From an uncultured Alphaproteobacteria bacterium (lineage in GTDB: Bacteria > Pseudomonadota > Alphaproteobacteria > Rhizobiales > Methyloligellaceae): a stretch of DNA of 64,000 bases. The DNA is taken from positions 145,002-209,001 of the forward strand of contig CAWEUF010000010.1 in the NCBI GenBank assembly GCA_963812105.1, read 5' to 3'. Positions 42,251-52,661 of this stretch are shown piece after piece. Each line of letters opens with the position of its first letter. Within the stretch, counting starts at the first letter, position 1. The notes below the pieces were generated by a model. It saw nothing but the letters and a program-made list of their open reading frames with translations. It made no database searches and had not been told where the DNA came from. A program made the position numbers and the translations under genes.

Positions 42251-45200
42251 CTAGCCGCCGCCGAGCATGGGGATGCCCTTCTTCCAGGCATCGGGCGGCT
42301 CGACCGGACGCTTCCTGACGCGCCGCTTGGCCGCCGGCTTTGGTTGGACCGGGGCCACCTCTTCGACCGCGGGCGGAGCGACTTCGGCGTCCGGCGTGAC
42401 CGCCGCCTCGGATTGCGGCTCGGCCGGCTTGGTGCTGTCCGCGGGCGCGGGCGGCGCCGGGGCCGGCAGGGCAGACGGCACCGGCTTGGCCGCAGCCGGC
42501 TCATCGACCGAAGCCGAGGTCGACGGCGGCGCCTGCGGCTCCTCGGAGGGAGGCGGAAAAGCCTCGGCCGCATCGGCCGGCTCGATCTCCTCCCCGCCAC
42601 CCTCCCGAAGAAGCTCGGTGGCGGACGGCAACACCTCGGCCGAGCGCGCCGCTTGCGGCATGGCCGTCGCGGGCGCTTCGATTTCGGCAGCCGGCGGCTC
42701 GGGCGCCGCGGCTTCGCCGATTGCGTCGAGTTCGGCCGGCGGCTCGACCGGCACGGCGGAGGTCTGATCGTCCGGCGGAATTTCGGCCGAGGGCATCGTC
42801 CTGCCGCTCACGTCAAGCGTCTCCAGTTGCTCGACCCCTTCCTGCATGCGCCGCATGGTGAGATAGGCCTCGATCGCCGCGGTATCGACCGCCGGCGAGA
42901 TGTCGCCGGCCTTGTCCAGGGCGCCGGTAAAGACGAGGCTCACCGGCGGCACGTCGTGGTTGCTCGCGCCGGCGAGGCTGACCGCCCATTCGCTGTCGAG
43001 CTTGAGGCTCGCCAACTCGACATAGAAGTTGATCTTGGTCTCGGCGTTGGCGCTGGTCAGCGTCGTCGGGGTGAGGCGCAAGGTGCCGTTCTTGATGTCG
43101 AAGGCAAATTGGGCCGGCGCGTATTTGTAGGTGCCCTTGGTGATCTTATCTCGCACGTTCTGGGCCTCGGCGGCGATCGCGTCCTTGTCGGCGTCGATGG
43201 TCTTCTTGGCGGCAGCGGCGGCCACCCGACGCAGCGGATCGGGCGACAGCGCCTGGAGCGCGCCGGCGCCAAGCGAGAACGCGCCCTGCCCGCTCAGTCC
43301 GGCGACCAGGCCCGGCGGGCTCAAGCCTTCGCCCTGAACGGTAAAGGCGAGATCGAACGGGCCCTTGGCGAGGCTCGAGCCGGTGAGGCTGGTGGCAAAG
43401 TCCTCGAGCTTGCCGCCCTTGAGGTCGGCACGCGCGGTCAGCTCCGCGCCGTTGCCGCGCGGCGACAGCGTGCCGGAAGCGGCAAACTCCCCGCCGAACA
43501 GGCGGCCGGTCAAGTCGGTGATCGACAATCCGTCCTTGCCGACCGAAGCCGCCAGCGTGGCGCCTTGAACCGTGAGCGCAGAGCCGAGGGTCAGCGTGTT
43601 GGCCTTGAGCGTGATCGAGCCTTCGGACTTTTCGACCGGCCCAAGCGCAAAGCCGCGCGACGGCCAAAACTCCGACACGCCGCTGCCGATCGAACCCAGC
43701 ATCTCCTCGGTCGAGGGCGTGCGGTGCCACGCCACCAACACGCCGAGCAGCGACGGCAGCGAAATGGTGTCGGCGCTGCCTGACAACGCGAAGCGCGTCT
43801 TGGCGCCACCGAGCTCGAAATGCGCGCTGCCGGTGACATCCTCGCCGGCGATCGCGCCGGTGATCGCCTTGAGATCGACGGCGGGGCCTTGCTTGACCAG
43901 CTCGAAGCGCAATTTCAGTGGCAGGCCCCCGGCGCTCGGCGGCGCCTCGAAACCGATCAGCGTCAGCGCCTGGCTCGCATCTTGGCTCACCATCGCGCCT
44001 TTGCCGGTGAAGGCAAATCCACCCGGTTGCAGCGACCCCTGGCCGGCGAAGGCGACGCCCATCGATCCGGTCTCGAGCGCGGCCTTGCCGATGATCTTGT
44101 TGTTCGGCACGCCGGAGAGCTTGACCGTCAGCTTGCCGCTATTCTGGCCGGCAGCGGTGAGGCGTTCGACCGGAAGGTCAGGGAACAGCAACACGAGAAT
44201 GGCTTGCGGCCGTTCGCCCGTGACGTTGCCGTCGATGGCGATATTCGCCTCGCCGGGCTTGGCGGGATTGCCTAGGGCGCGGGCCACGAGCGACACGTCG
44301 GAAGCGCCGGCCTTGCCGCCCAGTTTGATGGAAGCGCTGGTGGCCTCGCCCTCGCGCGAGGCGACCAGGCTGACCTTCACGTCGAGCGGCGCCAGCGCCG
44401 ATAGATGCTTCGACCGGCCCACGTTCTCGGGCAGTCCGAACAGATTGGCGGCGATGCGCACGCTGTCGGCGGTGGCGGCGGAAAGCGCAAAATCGACGCG
44501 GCCGGCGGGCGCTGCGCTCACCCGCTCGATGCGGCCTTTGCCGTTGATGGCAAGCGCGCCGGGCGCGGCGAAATCGAGTTGCTCGACATCGAGGGTGTCG
44601 CGCTGGAAGGCAAAGCGCGCATCGAGCTTGCCGGCGGGAATATTGGGCAGCAGCAGCTCCCCGACGCGCAAGGTTACGCGCATGTCATCGCCGCGGATCT
44701 GGCTGAACAGGCTCTGACCGGCATCGGCCGCGCCGCCGGTGCCGGCGGACGGCAGCCACGCCTGCCACAGCGGCCCGTCGCCGATCATTTCGCGCAAATC
44801 GAGCCGGTCGCTGTCGAGGTCAATTTCGATCGACCGGCGCTCGCCGCCTTGCAGCCGCAAGCCGCCGTGGAACTTGGTGCCGCTCAGCTCGCCCGATGCG
44901 TCGGCCAGCTTGAGCGCGCCGTCGCCGATGGTGGCGGTGGCCGTGAAGGTAAACTCGCCGACCGAGGCTTGTCCCGACATGTCGCGGTCGCCCACCGCCC
45001 AGCGGGTGAGCGGCTTGAGCTTCGCGCCGGCGAGCGTGACCGGACCGACAAACACCGGACCGAACTCGCCGCGGGTAAGGCGGCCGGCGGCCTCGATGCG
45101 ATTGTCGCCGGGGAGCACGGCCTTGAGGCGCTCGATCGCGAGCGCACCGTCCTTGCTGGCGAGTGCGAGATCGACTGCGCCGACCAGGTCGCCGCCAAGT

Positions 45201-46348
45201 CCGGCCTGCTCGATGGCGAAGGTCAAGGTGCCATCGCCGAACTCGGCCGCCTGGCCGAGCATCTCGTTGGCGAACATGTAAAGCACCGCGGCCGGGGTGG
45301 GCCGTTCCTCGGCGCCCGGCACCGCGAGCAGCGCATCGAGATCGACAAAGCCCGCTGCAAGCTCGGCCTTGGCCGAGATGCGGTCGGCAAAGTCGAGCAC
45401 CACGCTGCCTTTGAAAATCTGAGGATGACCGTTGGCCTGGATGGTGAGATCGAAATCGGGCAGTTCGGCTTGCTCGGGCGTGGCGGTGATCGCCCCCTTC
45501 AATTCGTAGCGGGAAATCTTGTCGCGCGAGGCGGTCGCGGCCGGCTGCTCGGCAGTTTCGGCTTCGGCCCCCTCTTCCGTTCCGTTGGCGGCGACGACGG
45601 TTGCGGCGCGCACCACGATGGCGCCGTCGAACCGAGGCTTGGCGCCGAGCCCGGAAACGCCGCCGTCGATGCTGTAGGTGGTGTTGCGGTCGAAGTCGCG
45701 CAGCGAAGATTTGATGCGGAACACTCCGGCCGCGTCAGGCTCGCTGGTCGAGAAGCGCAGCTCTTGCGGGCGGCCGGCAAAGAGGTAGCTGGCCGAAACC
45801 TTATAAGGTCCCGACAGCGACTGGGCGCTCAGTTCGCCGCCGACGTCGGTCAGGGTGAACTGGGGCAGCCCCTGCTTGGTGATCTCGATCCGGCCGCCCG
45901 ACACGCCGACCTCGTCGAGCAGCACGCCTTTCGGGGCGAAGGGCAGCGCCACGCCGCGGCGTCCTACGTCGCTCCAATTGCCGGTGCCGTCTTCCTTGAG
46001 ATCTAACCGCAGGATCGGATCGACCATGGCGATCTTGCGGGCCTCGATGGTGCCGCTGAGCAGCGCGCCGATATTGAGCCAGGCCTCGAGCGAGCGGGCT
46101 TCGAGGAACGGCCGGTCGAGTCGGCCCTCCTGATCGGCGACCCTGATGTCGTCGAATCTCAGCTCGGGAGACGGCAGCAGGACGAGATGGACCTTGCCGC
46201 CGACCTTGACCTGGCGGCCGAGCAGATTGGTGGCTTGGGTCTCGAACACGGACCGGTAGTCGTTCCAGTCGATGAAGAGCGGCGCGGCAAACAGCGCGCT
46301 CAAGACCAGAATCAACACTGCCGTCAACGTCAGTAGGAGCGAGTTCAC
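42251..46348 (-). CDS. AsmA family protein
   Basis: N-terminal TM followed by PLFIDWNDYR..FE......LGR.V; long beta-rich body; Pro/Glu-rich tail; GTG start. Confidence 0.85.
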   Translation of the reverse strand: MNSLLLTLTAVLILVLSALFAAPLFIDWNDYRSVFETQATNLLGRQVKVGGKVHLVLLPSPELRFDDIRVADQEGRLDRPFLEARSLEAWLNIGALLSGTIEARKIAMVDPILRLDLKEDGTGNWSDVGRRGVALPFAPKGVLLDEVGVSGGRIEITKQGLPQFTLTDVGGELSAQSLSGPYKVSASYLFAGRPQELRFSTSEPDAAGVFRIKSSLRDFDRNTTYSIDGGVSGLGAKPRFDGAIVVRAATVVAANGTEEGAEAETAEQPAATASRDKISRYELKGAITATPEQAELPDFDLTIQANGHPQIFKGSVVLDFADRISAKAELAAGFVDLDALLAVPGAEERPTPAAVLYMFANEMLGQAAEFGDGTLTFAIEQAGLGGDLVGAVDLALASKDGALAIERLKAVLPGDNRIEAAGRLTRGEFGPVFVGPVTLAGAKLKPLTRWAVGDRDMSGQASVGEFTFTATATIGDGALKLADASGELSGTKFHGGLRLQGGERRSIEIDLDSDRLDLREMIGDGPLWQAWLPSAGTGGAADAGQSLFSQIRGDDMRVTLRVGELLLPNIPAGKLDARFAFQRDTLDVEQLDFAAPGALAINGKGRIERVSAAPAGRVDFALSAATADSVRIAANLFGLPENVGRSKHLSALAPLDVKVSLVASREGEATSASIKLGGKAGASDVSLVARALGNPAKPGEANIAIDGNVTGERPQAILVLLFPDLPVERLTAAGQNSGKLTVKLSGVPNNKIIGKAALETGSMGVAFAGQGSLQPGGFAFTGKGAMVSQDASQALTLIGFEAPPSAGGLPLKLRFELVKQGPAVDLKAITGAIAGEDVTGSAHFELGGAKTRFALSGSADTISLPSLLGVLVAWHRTPSTEEMLGSIGSGVSEFWPSRGFALGPVEKSEGSITLKANTLTLGSALTVQGATLAASVGKDGLSITDLTGRLFGGEFAASGTLSPRGNGAELTARADLKGGKLEDFATSLTGSSLAKGPFDLAFTVQGEGLSPPGLVAGLSGQGAFSLGAGALQALSPDPLRRVAAAAAKKTIDADKDAIAAEAQNVRDKITKGTYKYAPAQFAFDIKNGTLRLTPTTLTSANAETKINFYVELASLKLDSEWAVSLAGASNHDVPPVSLVFTGALDKAGDISPAVDTAAIEAYLTMRRMQEGVEQLETLDVSGRTMPSAEIPPDDQTSAVPVEPPAELDAIGEAAAPEPPAAEIEAPATAMPQAARSAEVLPSATELLREGGGEEIEPADAAEAFPPPSEEPQAPPSTSASVDEPAAAKPVPSALPAPAPPAPADSTKPAEPQSEAAVTPDAEVAPPAVEEVAPVQPKPAAKRRVRKRPVEPPDAWKKGIPMLGGG

Positions 46349-46426
46349 CGCCGTCCAACCCAAGGCTCTGGCGCGTGCTGTTGAGCAGCTAAGCGCCGAG
46401 GACCCCGGCCCCCCTGCGACGCGCCG

Positions 46427-47821
46427 TTATGGTAACGCAAAAATCTTGCCAGGATTGAGGATATTCAGCGGATCGAGCGCCTTTTTTATGGCAATCATCG
46501 CCGAAATGCCTGCCCCATGCTCGGCGGCGAGATAGGAAATCTTGCCCTGGCCTACGCCATGCTCGCCGGTCGAGGTGCCGCCATAGGCCAGCGCCCGCTC
46601 AACCAGCCGATCGAGAAAGGCCTGCACCTTGCGCCGCTCCTCCGGATCGGCGGGGTCGATCAGCGGCATGACGTGGAAATTGCCGTCGCCGACATGGCCG
46701 ACGATCGGGGCGAGCAGGCCCAGCCGGTCGATGTCGGCACGCGTGGCGGTGACGCAGGCGGCGAGCGCCGAGATCGGCACGCAGACATCGGTGGACAGCA
46801 CTTCGGCGCCCGGCTTCAAGCCGCGCGCGGCCCAATAGGCGTCATGCCGCGCCTGCCACAGTCTGGTCCGGTCCTCGGGCCGCTCGGCGTAAGCGTAGTC
46901 CCCTCCCCCTTCGGCGCGGGCAATCTCGGCGAAGGCTTCGACCTGCTCGCGCGCCGAAGCTGCCGTGCCGTGAAACTCGAGAAACAGGGTCGGCGTCTCA
47001 GGCAGCGTGAGATGCGAATAGGCATTGCAGGCTCTGATCTGCACCTCGTCGAGCAATTCGATGCGGGCGAGCGGCAGCCCCATCTGCAGCGCGGCGATGG
47101 TGGCGTTGCAGGCGCCCTCGATCGACGCGAAGGGACAGACCGCGGCGAGAATGGTCTCGGGAATGCCGTGCAGCTTGAGCGTCAGCCTGGTGATGACACC
47201 GAGCGTGCCCTCGGAGCCGACCAGGAGGCGGGTAAGGTCGTAGCCGGCGGAAGATTTCCGCGCCCTGCCGCCGGTGTGGATGACGCTGCCGTCGGCCAGC
47301 ACCGCGGACAGGCCGAGCACCGCGTCGCGCATGGTGCCGTAGCGCACGGCGTTGGTGCCGGAGGCGCGCGTCGCCGCCATGCCGCCGAGCGACGCATCGG
47401 CGCCGGGATCGACCGGGAAGAACAGACCTCGGTCGCGCAAGTGGTCGTTGAGCTGCTTGCGGGTGACGCCCGGCTCGACCTCGCAATCGAGGTCGGCCTC
47501 GTGCACGACGAGGATGCGGTTCATGCGCGACAGATCGAGCGAGACGCCGCCGAACGGCGCATTGACGTGACCCTCGAGCGAGGTGCCGGTGCCGAACGCG
47601 ATCACCGGCACGCGGGCCTCGGCGCAGAGCGTCACGATGTCGGCGACCTCGGCTTCGCTCTCGGCGAACAGGACGGCGTCGGGCGGCTCGCGCTTGAGCC
47701 AGGTGAGCGTGTTGGCGTGCTGCTCGCGCAGCGCCTGGCTCACGGAGAATCGGTCGCCGAAGCGCGCGGCCAGTTGGGCGAACAGCGCGCGCTTGCCTTG
47801 GTCGGCCATGACTGCGGTCAT
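46427..47821 (-). CDS. FAD-linked oxidase (D-lactate dehydrogenase/GlcD family)
   Basis: FGTGTSLEGH, DPGADASLGGM, GSEGTLG, GHVGDGNFH, GEHGVG, LNPGKIF. Confidence 0.92.
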   Translation of the reverse strand: MTAVMADQGKRALFAQLAARFGDRFSVSQALREQHANTLTWLKREPPDAVLFAESEAEVADIVTLCAEARVPVIAFGTGTSLEGHVNAPFGGVSLDLSRMNRILVVHEADLDCEVEPGVTRKQLNDHLRDRGLFFPVDPGADASLGGMAATRASGTNAVRYGTMRDAVLGLSAVLADGSVIHTGGRARKSSAGYDLTRLLVGSEGTLGVITRLTLKLHGIPETILAAVCPFASIEGACNATIAALQMGLPLARIELLDEVQIRACNAYSHLTLPETPTLFLEFHGTAASAREQVEAFAEIARAEGGGDYAYAERPEDRTRLWQARHDAYWAARGLKPGAEVLSTDVCVPISALAACVTATRADIDRLGLLAPIVGHVGDGNFHVMPLIDPADPEERRKVQAFLDRLVERALAYGGTSTGEHGVGQGKISYLAAEHGAGISAMIAIKKALDPLNILNPGKIFALP

Positions 47822-47877
47822 GGGCCCAGTTTATAGGGTGCTTCGCCGGGATCGATGAAGCTTTTCGGACGGCGCGA

Positions 47878-48555
47878 TCAGGTCTCGACCAGGAAAATGA
47901 CCGCCGCGAAGTGGCAGCTTGCCGCCGACAGCACGAAGCCGTGCCAGATGGCGTTCTGATAGGGCAGCCGCTCCCACAGATGAAACACCACGCCGACGGT
48001 GTAGAGCACGCCGCCGATCGTGAGCAGCGTCAGCGCGACGCCCGGCAGCGCCGACATCAACGGCTGCCACGCGGCAATCACCGCCCAGCCTTGCACCAGA
48101 TAGAGCGCGGTCGACAACCCGTCGAGAAAGCCCGGCGCGAACAGTTTGATGGCGATGCCGATGGCGGCCATGGTCCACACCACGGCCAGCAGGCCGAACC
48201 CCCAGGGCGTTTGCATCTTGATCAGGATGAACGGCGTATAGGTCGCGGCGATCATCAGGAAGATGGCGGCGTGATCGAGCCGGCGCAGGACCTCCTTGAG
48301 CTTGGGGGGGCGGACCACCAGATGGTAGCCCGCGGAAAAGCCGAAGGTCGCCACCAAAGCGAGCCCGTAAATGGTCAGGCTCACGCCCCACGAGAGGGTC
48401 TCGGATTGCACGGCGAGGATGAGGAGCGCGGTCAGGGCGAGGAGACTGGCGGTGACCCCGACGGCGTGGATGCAGCCGTCGGCGATCCGCTCGCGGAGGG
48501 TGTAGTACGGCATTAGCGCGCGGGGCTTCAGCACGGCGATACGCTCTCGATCCAT
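47878..48555 (-). CDS. Hemolysin III / PAQR family membrane protein
   Basis: SAGYH, RRLDHAAIFLMIAATYTPF, NAIWHGFV. Confidence 0.9.
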   Translation of the reverse strand: MDRERIAVLKPRALMPYYTLRERIADGCIHAVGVTASLLALTALLILAVQSETLSWGVSLTIYGLALVATFGFSAGYHLVVRPPKLKEVLRRLDHAAIFLMIAATYTPFILIKMQTPWGFGLLAVVWTMAAIGIAIKLFAPGFLDGLSTALYLVQGWAVIAAWQPLMSALPGVALTLLTIGGVLYTVGVVFHLWERLPYQNAIWHGFVLSAASCHFAAVIFLVET

Positions 48556-48721
48556 TGCCTATAGGTAAGGTTGAACGCCACCTTACCAAGCCCTGTGGCG
48601 AGGATGAGGCGGCAAGCTTCACATTAGGCTAACGGTCGATCACGCTTCCGGGTTCGGCAACGCATCGCCGGCGCGCTTGGGGCGCGCCGGTCGATCCCGG
48701 GTCATGACAGGCTAACAGGCG

Positions 48722-49120
48722 TTATTGGCCGCAGACGGCCGAGCCCGTGGTGCAGACATACGGCACCACCACGCCGGTGAAACAGGTGGTGAAGAATCGC
48801 TCGGTGATGATGTCGGGCTTGAGCACGGCTTCCGGAGGGGGCGCGCCGGGACGAACGGCCTTCCAGAACGGATCGCCCTTCACCTTTTTGGCGTAGAGCG
48901 TGATGTAGCTCCATCGCTTGGAGCGTTTCAGCTCTGCGGCACTTTTCAACACCAACGCCTGCGAGCTTTTGGCCGCCTCGGCCTTGGAGCCGGCGCTGTG
49001 CGTGGCCTTGATCAACTGGCAGGCCGCCTCGGCGGGTTGAATTGCGCCTAAGCCGAACGCCGCAACAATAAGCGCAGCTATACCGATCCTCGAAACATCA
49101 AGCATATTCCCGTCTCCCAA
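48722..49120 (-). CDS. Secreted hypothetical protein with four Cys
   Basis: Signal peptide ending AEA-AC; C-terminal CFTGVVVPYVCTTGSAVC; true start may be the ATG of MLDVS. Confidence 0.7.
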   Translation of the reverse strand: MGDGNMLDVSRIGIAALIVAAFGLGAIQPAEAACQLIKATHSAGSKAEAAKSSQALVLKSAAELKRSKRWSYITLYAKKVKGDPFWKAVRPGAPPPEAVLKPDIITERFFTTCFTGVVVPYVCTTGSAVCGQ

Positions 49121-49251
49121 CCGATGGAGCTAAGCGTCTTTTGGCAGTGGCCTCAAACAACCGCAATGGGCATAGCAAAGTTTCCCTGCGGTTTTTTGTC
49201 AGACGCGGAGCTTGGCGTTGTCATGAGCGTGGCGTCAAGTCTTGGAGCCCA

Positions 49252-49527
49252 TCAATCGCCGTCGCCCTTGCAGGGCGGTCCTTCCGGGCACGCGCCGGGA
49301 CGGTGCCGGTGGACATCGATCGGCGCAATGTCCTGATCGTCCGACTCGATCTGGTCGGTCGCTTCGCCCGGGTCGTCACCCTCAGAACTTGCCGCGGACG
49401 GATCCGCGGTCGCATCGGTCGCACCGGCGTCTTCCGCTTTGCCTCCGGACTCAGACGGCCCGGAGGCCAGGCTTGCGCCGCTCAGGGACAGAATCAGGCA
49501 AAGCGCGATCGCAATGCGGGGGGTCAT
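49252..49527 (-). CDS. Small secreted acidic protein with C-terminal HRH...C-x5-C
   Basis: ATG overlaps the upstream stop (ATGA); signal peptide ending SLA; Asp/Glu-rich linker. Confidence 0.65.
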   Translation of the reverse strand: MTPRIAIALCLILSLSGASLASGPSESGGKAEDAGATDATADPSAASSEGDDPGEATDQIESDDQDIAPIDVHRHRPGACPEGPPCKGDGD

Positions 49528-50144
49528 GGCGATGGGTTTCCTTCCGGCTGGTTGGCGCACATGGTTTTGGCGAGGGTCACAAGGGGTGCGAAGCGCGGAT
49601 CGCTCTCGATCTCCTCGGCCACCTTCTCGAATTCGGCGAACGCTTCCGGCTGCTGAAAGTTCTTCCGCGTGCGCGCGATATAAAGTTTGATTTCAGGATA
49701 TTCGTAGGCCTCGACGATATATGCGCCGAAAAAGTGGCCGATCAGCTCCTCGCTCAGCGCGCCGCGCCGCATGAACAGGCCGAGGTCGGAGAAAAAACCC
49801 AGATACTCGTTGATGGCCACGTGGCTGAAGCTGCCGCCGTCGTTCTTGTAAAGCTTCTGGCACGACTCGATCGCGCCGGCGATTTGCAGGTAGGATTTCT
49901 CCTGAAAGTAGAACTCGCGGTAGAGTTCGCGCGCGAGTTTGATCTCCTCGGTCTCATGGGTGAGACGGGTGGCGCGGTAATGCAGCGTCACCACGATCAG
50001 CTGGGCGATGATGAAGCTGATCACGGCGAACAACAGCGCGGCCCATTCGCGGCTGAAGATCCCCTTGGGCGTCGGCGCCTCGGCCGCGGCAGCGGCGGCT
50101 TCGGCGCTGGCGGTGGCGTGGTCTAGCGGGCCTTCCTCGTCCAA
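49524..50144 (-). CDS. Membrane-anchored DUF4760-like protein
   Basis: One TM helix, then YLGFFSDLGLFMRRGALSEELI...YIARTR...FAEFEKVA pattern. Confidence 0.6.
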   Translation of the reverse strand: MDEEGPLDHATASAEAAAAAAEAPTPKGIFSREWAALLFAVISFIIAQLIVVTLHYRATRLTHETEEIKLARELYREFYFQEKSYLQIAGAIESCQKLYKNDGGSFSHVAINEYLGFFSDLGLFMRRGALSEELIGHFFGAYIVEAYEYPEIKLYIARTRKNFQQPEAFAEFEKVAEEIESDPRFAPLVTLAKTMCANQPEGNPSP

Positions 50145-50316
50145 GGGCAGAGACTCACCTAGCAGGGTTGCAACCGGGCCGGGCGAGCCCTAGCTGCGCA
50201 TTTGGCGGGCAAAATGACACGCTGTCATATGACAGGAACGGGCCAAGCCCAAGGGCTTTGCATCAGGCACCCTGCTTTTCTTTCCCAGCGCCGCCAATGG
50301 TATAGTTTTCGACTCA

Positions 50317-52653
50317 ATGACGAAGATTCGCTCCTCCGCCGCGGAAGCCCTGCCCCCACCAGATGAGGAGCAGCTGTCCACCTCACAGCGCGCCATGCGG
50401 CTCCGCCCTGGCCATTATCTCGACGCGCTCAACCCCGAGCAGCGCGAGGCGGTCGAGACCCTGGACGGCCCGCTTCTGGTGCTGGCCGGGGCCGGCACCG
50501 GCAAGACACGCGTGCTCACGACCCGCATCGGCCATATTCTGAGCCAGGGCCGGGCGCGGCCCGGGGAAATCCTCGCCGTCACCTTCACCAACAAGGCGGC
50601 GCGCGAGATGAAGGCCCGCATCGGCCAACTGATCGGCGGCGTGGTCGAAGGCATGCCGTGGCTCGGAACCTTCCACGCCATCGGCGTCAAGATCATGCGC
50701 CGCCATGCCGAGCTGGTCGATCTCAAGCCATCCTTCACCGTGCTCGACACCGACGACCAGATCAGGCTGCTGAAGCAATTGCTCGACGCCGAGAATATCG
50801 ACGAGAAGCGCTGGCCGGCGCGGCTGCTGGCGGCCATGATCGACGGCTGGAAGAATAGAGGGCTGGTGCCCAAGCGCGTGCCGGAGGGCGAGAGCTTCGC
50901 CTTTGCCAACGGCAAAGCGCGCGAGCTGTACGCGCTGTATCAGACGCGCCTCAAGGAGTTGAATGCCGCCGATTTCGGCGATCTGTTGCTGGAGAATTTG
51001 CGGCTGTTCCAGGAGCAGCCCGACGTGCTCGCCAAATATCAGCAGCGCTTTCACTTCATGCTGGTCGACGAGTATCAGGATTCCAACGTCGCGCAATATT
51101 TGTGGCTGCGGCTGCTGGCCCAAGGCAACGGCAATATTTGCTGCGTCGGCGACGACGATCAGTCGATCTATGGCTGGCGCGGCGCCGAGGTCGACAACAT
51201 TCTCAGATTCGAGACCGACTTCCCCGGCGCCAAGATCATCAGGCTCGAGCGCAACTATCGCTCGACCGGACACATCCTCGGAGCGGCGTCCGGCCTGATC
51301 GCCCATAACAAGGGACGGCTCGGCAAGACGCTCCGCACCGACGGCGATCTCGGCGAGCCGGTCGAGATCGAAGGCTGCTGGGACGACGAGGAGGAAGCGC
51401 GCGTCATCGGCGAGGACATCGAGCAGATCCAGCGCCGGGGCCATGCTTTGAGCGAGATCGCCATTCTGGTGCGCGCCTCGTTCCAGATGCGCGCCTTCGA
51501 GGACCGCTTCATCACCCTCGGCCTGCCCTATCGCGTGATCGGCGGCCCGCGCTTCTATGAGCGGCAGGAGATCAAGGACGCCACCGCCTATTTCGAGGTC
51601 ACCCTCAACCCCGCCAACGACCTCAAATTCGAGCGCATCGTCAACACGCCGCGCCGGGGCTTGGGCGAGTCGAGCTTGAAGTCGCTGCATCAGCTGGCCC
51701 GCGCGCAAGGCGTGCCACTGTTTCAGGCGGCGCGGCTGATCGTCGAGACCGAAGAGCTGAAGCCCAAGGCGCGCAAGTCGCTTGCCGATCTGATCGCGGC
51801 GTTCGACCGCTGGCGCTCGCTGATCGACACCATGCGCCACACCGAGCTCGCCGAGCTGATCCTCGATGAGTCCGGCTATACCGCCATGTGGCAGGCCGAG
51901 CGCTCGCCGCAGGCGCAGTCCAAGCTCGAGAACCTCAAAGAGCTGATCCGCTTCATGGAGGAGTTCGACACGCTGGCCGGCTTCCTCGAGCATGTCTCGC
52001 TCGTAATGGACGCGCAGACCGAAGAAGGCGCCGACCGCGTCAGCCTGATGACGCTGCATTCCGCCAAGGGGCTGGAATTCGACACCGTGTTCCTGCCCGG
52101 CTGGGACGAAGGGCTGCTGCCGCATCAGCGCAGCCTCGACGAATCGGGCCGCTCCGGCCTCGAGGAAGAGCGGCGGCTCGCTCATGTCGGCCTGACGCGG
52201 GCGAGGCTGCGCGCCAAGATCACCTTCGCGCAGAACCGCCGGAACCACGGCACGTGGCAGACCGCGCTCCCCTCCCGCTTCATCGACGAGTTGCCGGCCG
52301 ACCATATCGTCGTTGCCGAGGACAAAGGCCTGCGCGGCTACGGGCCGAGCCGGTTCGACAGCGCCGAGACTGTGTTCGCCAGCGGCTTCTACGAGACGCC
52401 GGGCTGGCAGCGCGCGCAGCGGAACCGGCCGCGCGGTGCGAACGCGCCCCGCTCGCGCGAGCCCATGACCATCGACGGCACGCTGGTGGCGGCGAGCACC
52501 GCCGAGGGCGCCGGGCTCGCCATCGGGGAACGGGTGTTCCACCAGAAATTCGGCTATGGCCGCGTGGCGCAGGTCGACGGCAACAAGCTCACGGTCGATT
52601 TCGACAAGGCCGGGCAGAAGAAGGTGGTCGACACCTTCGTCGAGCGGGTGTGA
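50317..52653 (+). CDS. uvrD: ATP-dependent DNA helicase UvrD/PcrA
   Basis: AGAGTGKT, VTFTNKAA, VDEYQD, VGDDDQSIYGWRGA, TLHSAKGLEF, C-terminal RVFHQKFGYG. Confidence 0.95.
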   Translation: MTKIRSSAAEALPPPDEEQLSTSQRAMRLRPGHYLDALNPEQREAVETLDGPLLVLAGAGTGKTRVLTTRIGHILSQGRARPGEILAVTFTNKAAREMKARIGQLIGGVVEGMPWLGTFHAIGVKIMRRHAELVDLKPSFTVLDTDDQIRLLKQLLDAENIDEKRWPARLLAAMIDGWKNRGLVPKRVPEGESFAFANGKARELYALYQTRLKELNAADFGDLLLENLRLFQEQPDVLAKYQQRFHFMLVDEYQDSNVAQYLWLRLLAQGNGNICCVGDDDQSIYGWRGAEVDNILRFETDFPGAKIIRLERNYRSTGHILGAASGLIAHNKGRLGKTLRTDGDLGEPVEIEGCWDDEEEARVIGEDIEQIQRRGHALSEIAILVRASFQMRAFEDRFITLGLPYRVIGGPRFYERQEIKDATAYFEVTLNPANDLKFERIVNTPRRGLGESSLKSLHQLARAQGVPLFQAARLIVETEELKPKARKSLADLIAAFDRWRSLIDTMRHTELAELILDESGYTAMWQAERSPQAQSKLENLKELIRFMEEFDTLAGFLEHVSLVMDAQTEEGADRVSLMTLHSAKGLEFDTVFLPGWDEGLLPHQRSLDESGRSGLEEERRLAHVGLTRARLRAKITFAQNRRNHGTWQTALPSRFIDELPADHIVVAEDKGLRGYGPSRFDSAETVFASGFYETPGWQRAQRNRPRGANAPRSREPMTIDGTLVAASTAEGAGLAIGERVFHQKFGYGRVAQVDGNKLTVDFDKAGQKKVVDTFVERV

Positions 52654-52661
52654 AGGCGCCC

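Noticed and set aside
50383-52542. Long antisense ORFs (also 22444-24276, 29418-31145, 59521-61104 and others)
   Set aside because: Shadow ORFs opposite well-supported genes, expected at this GC content
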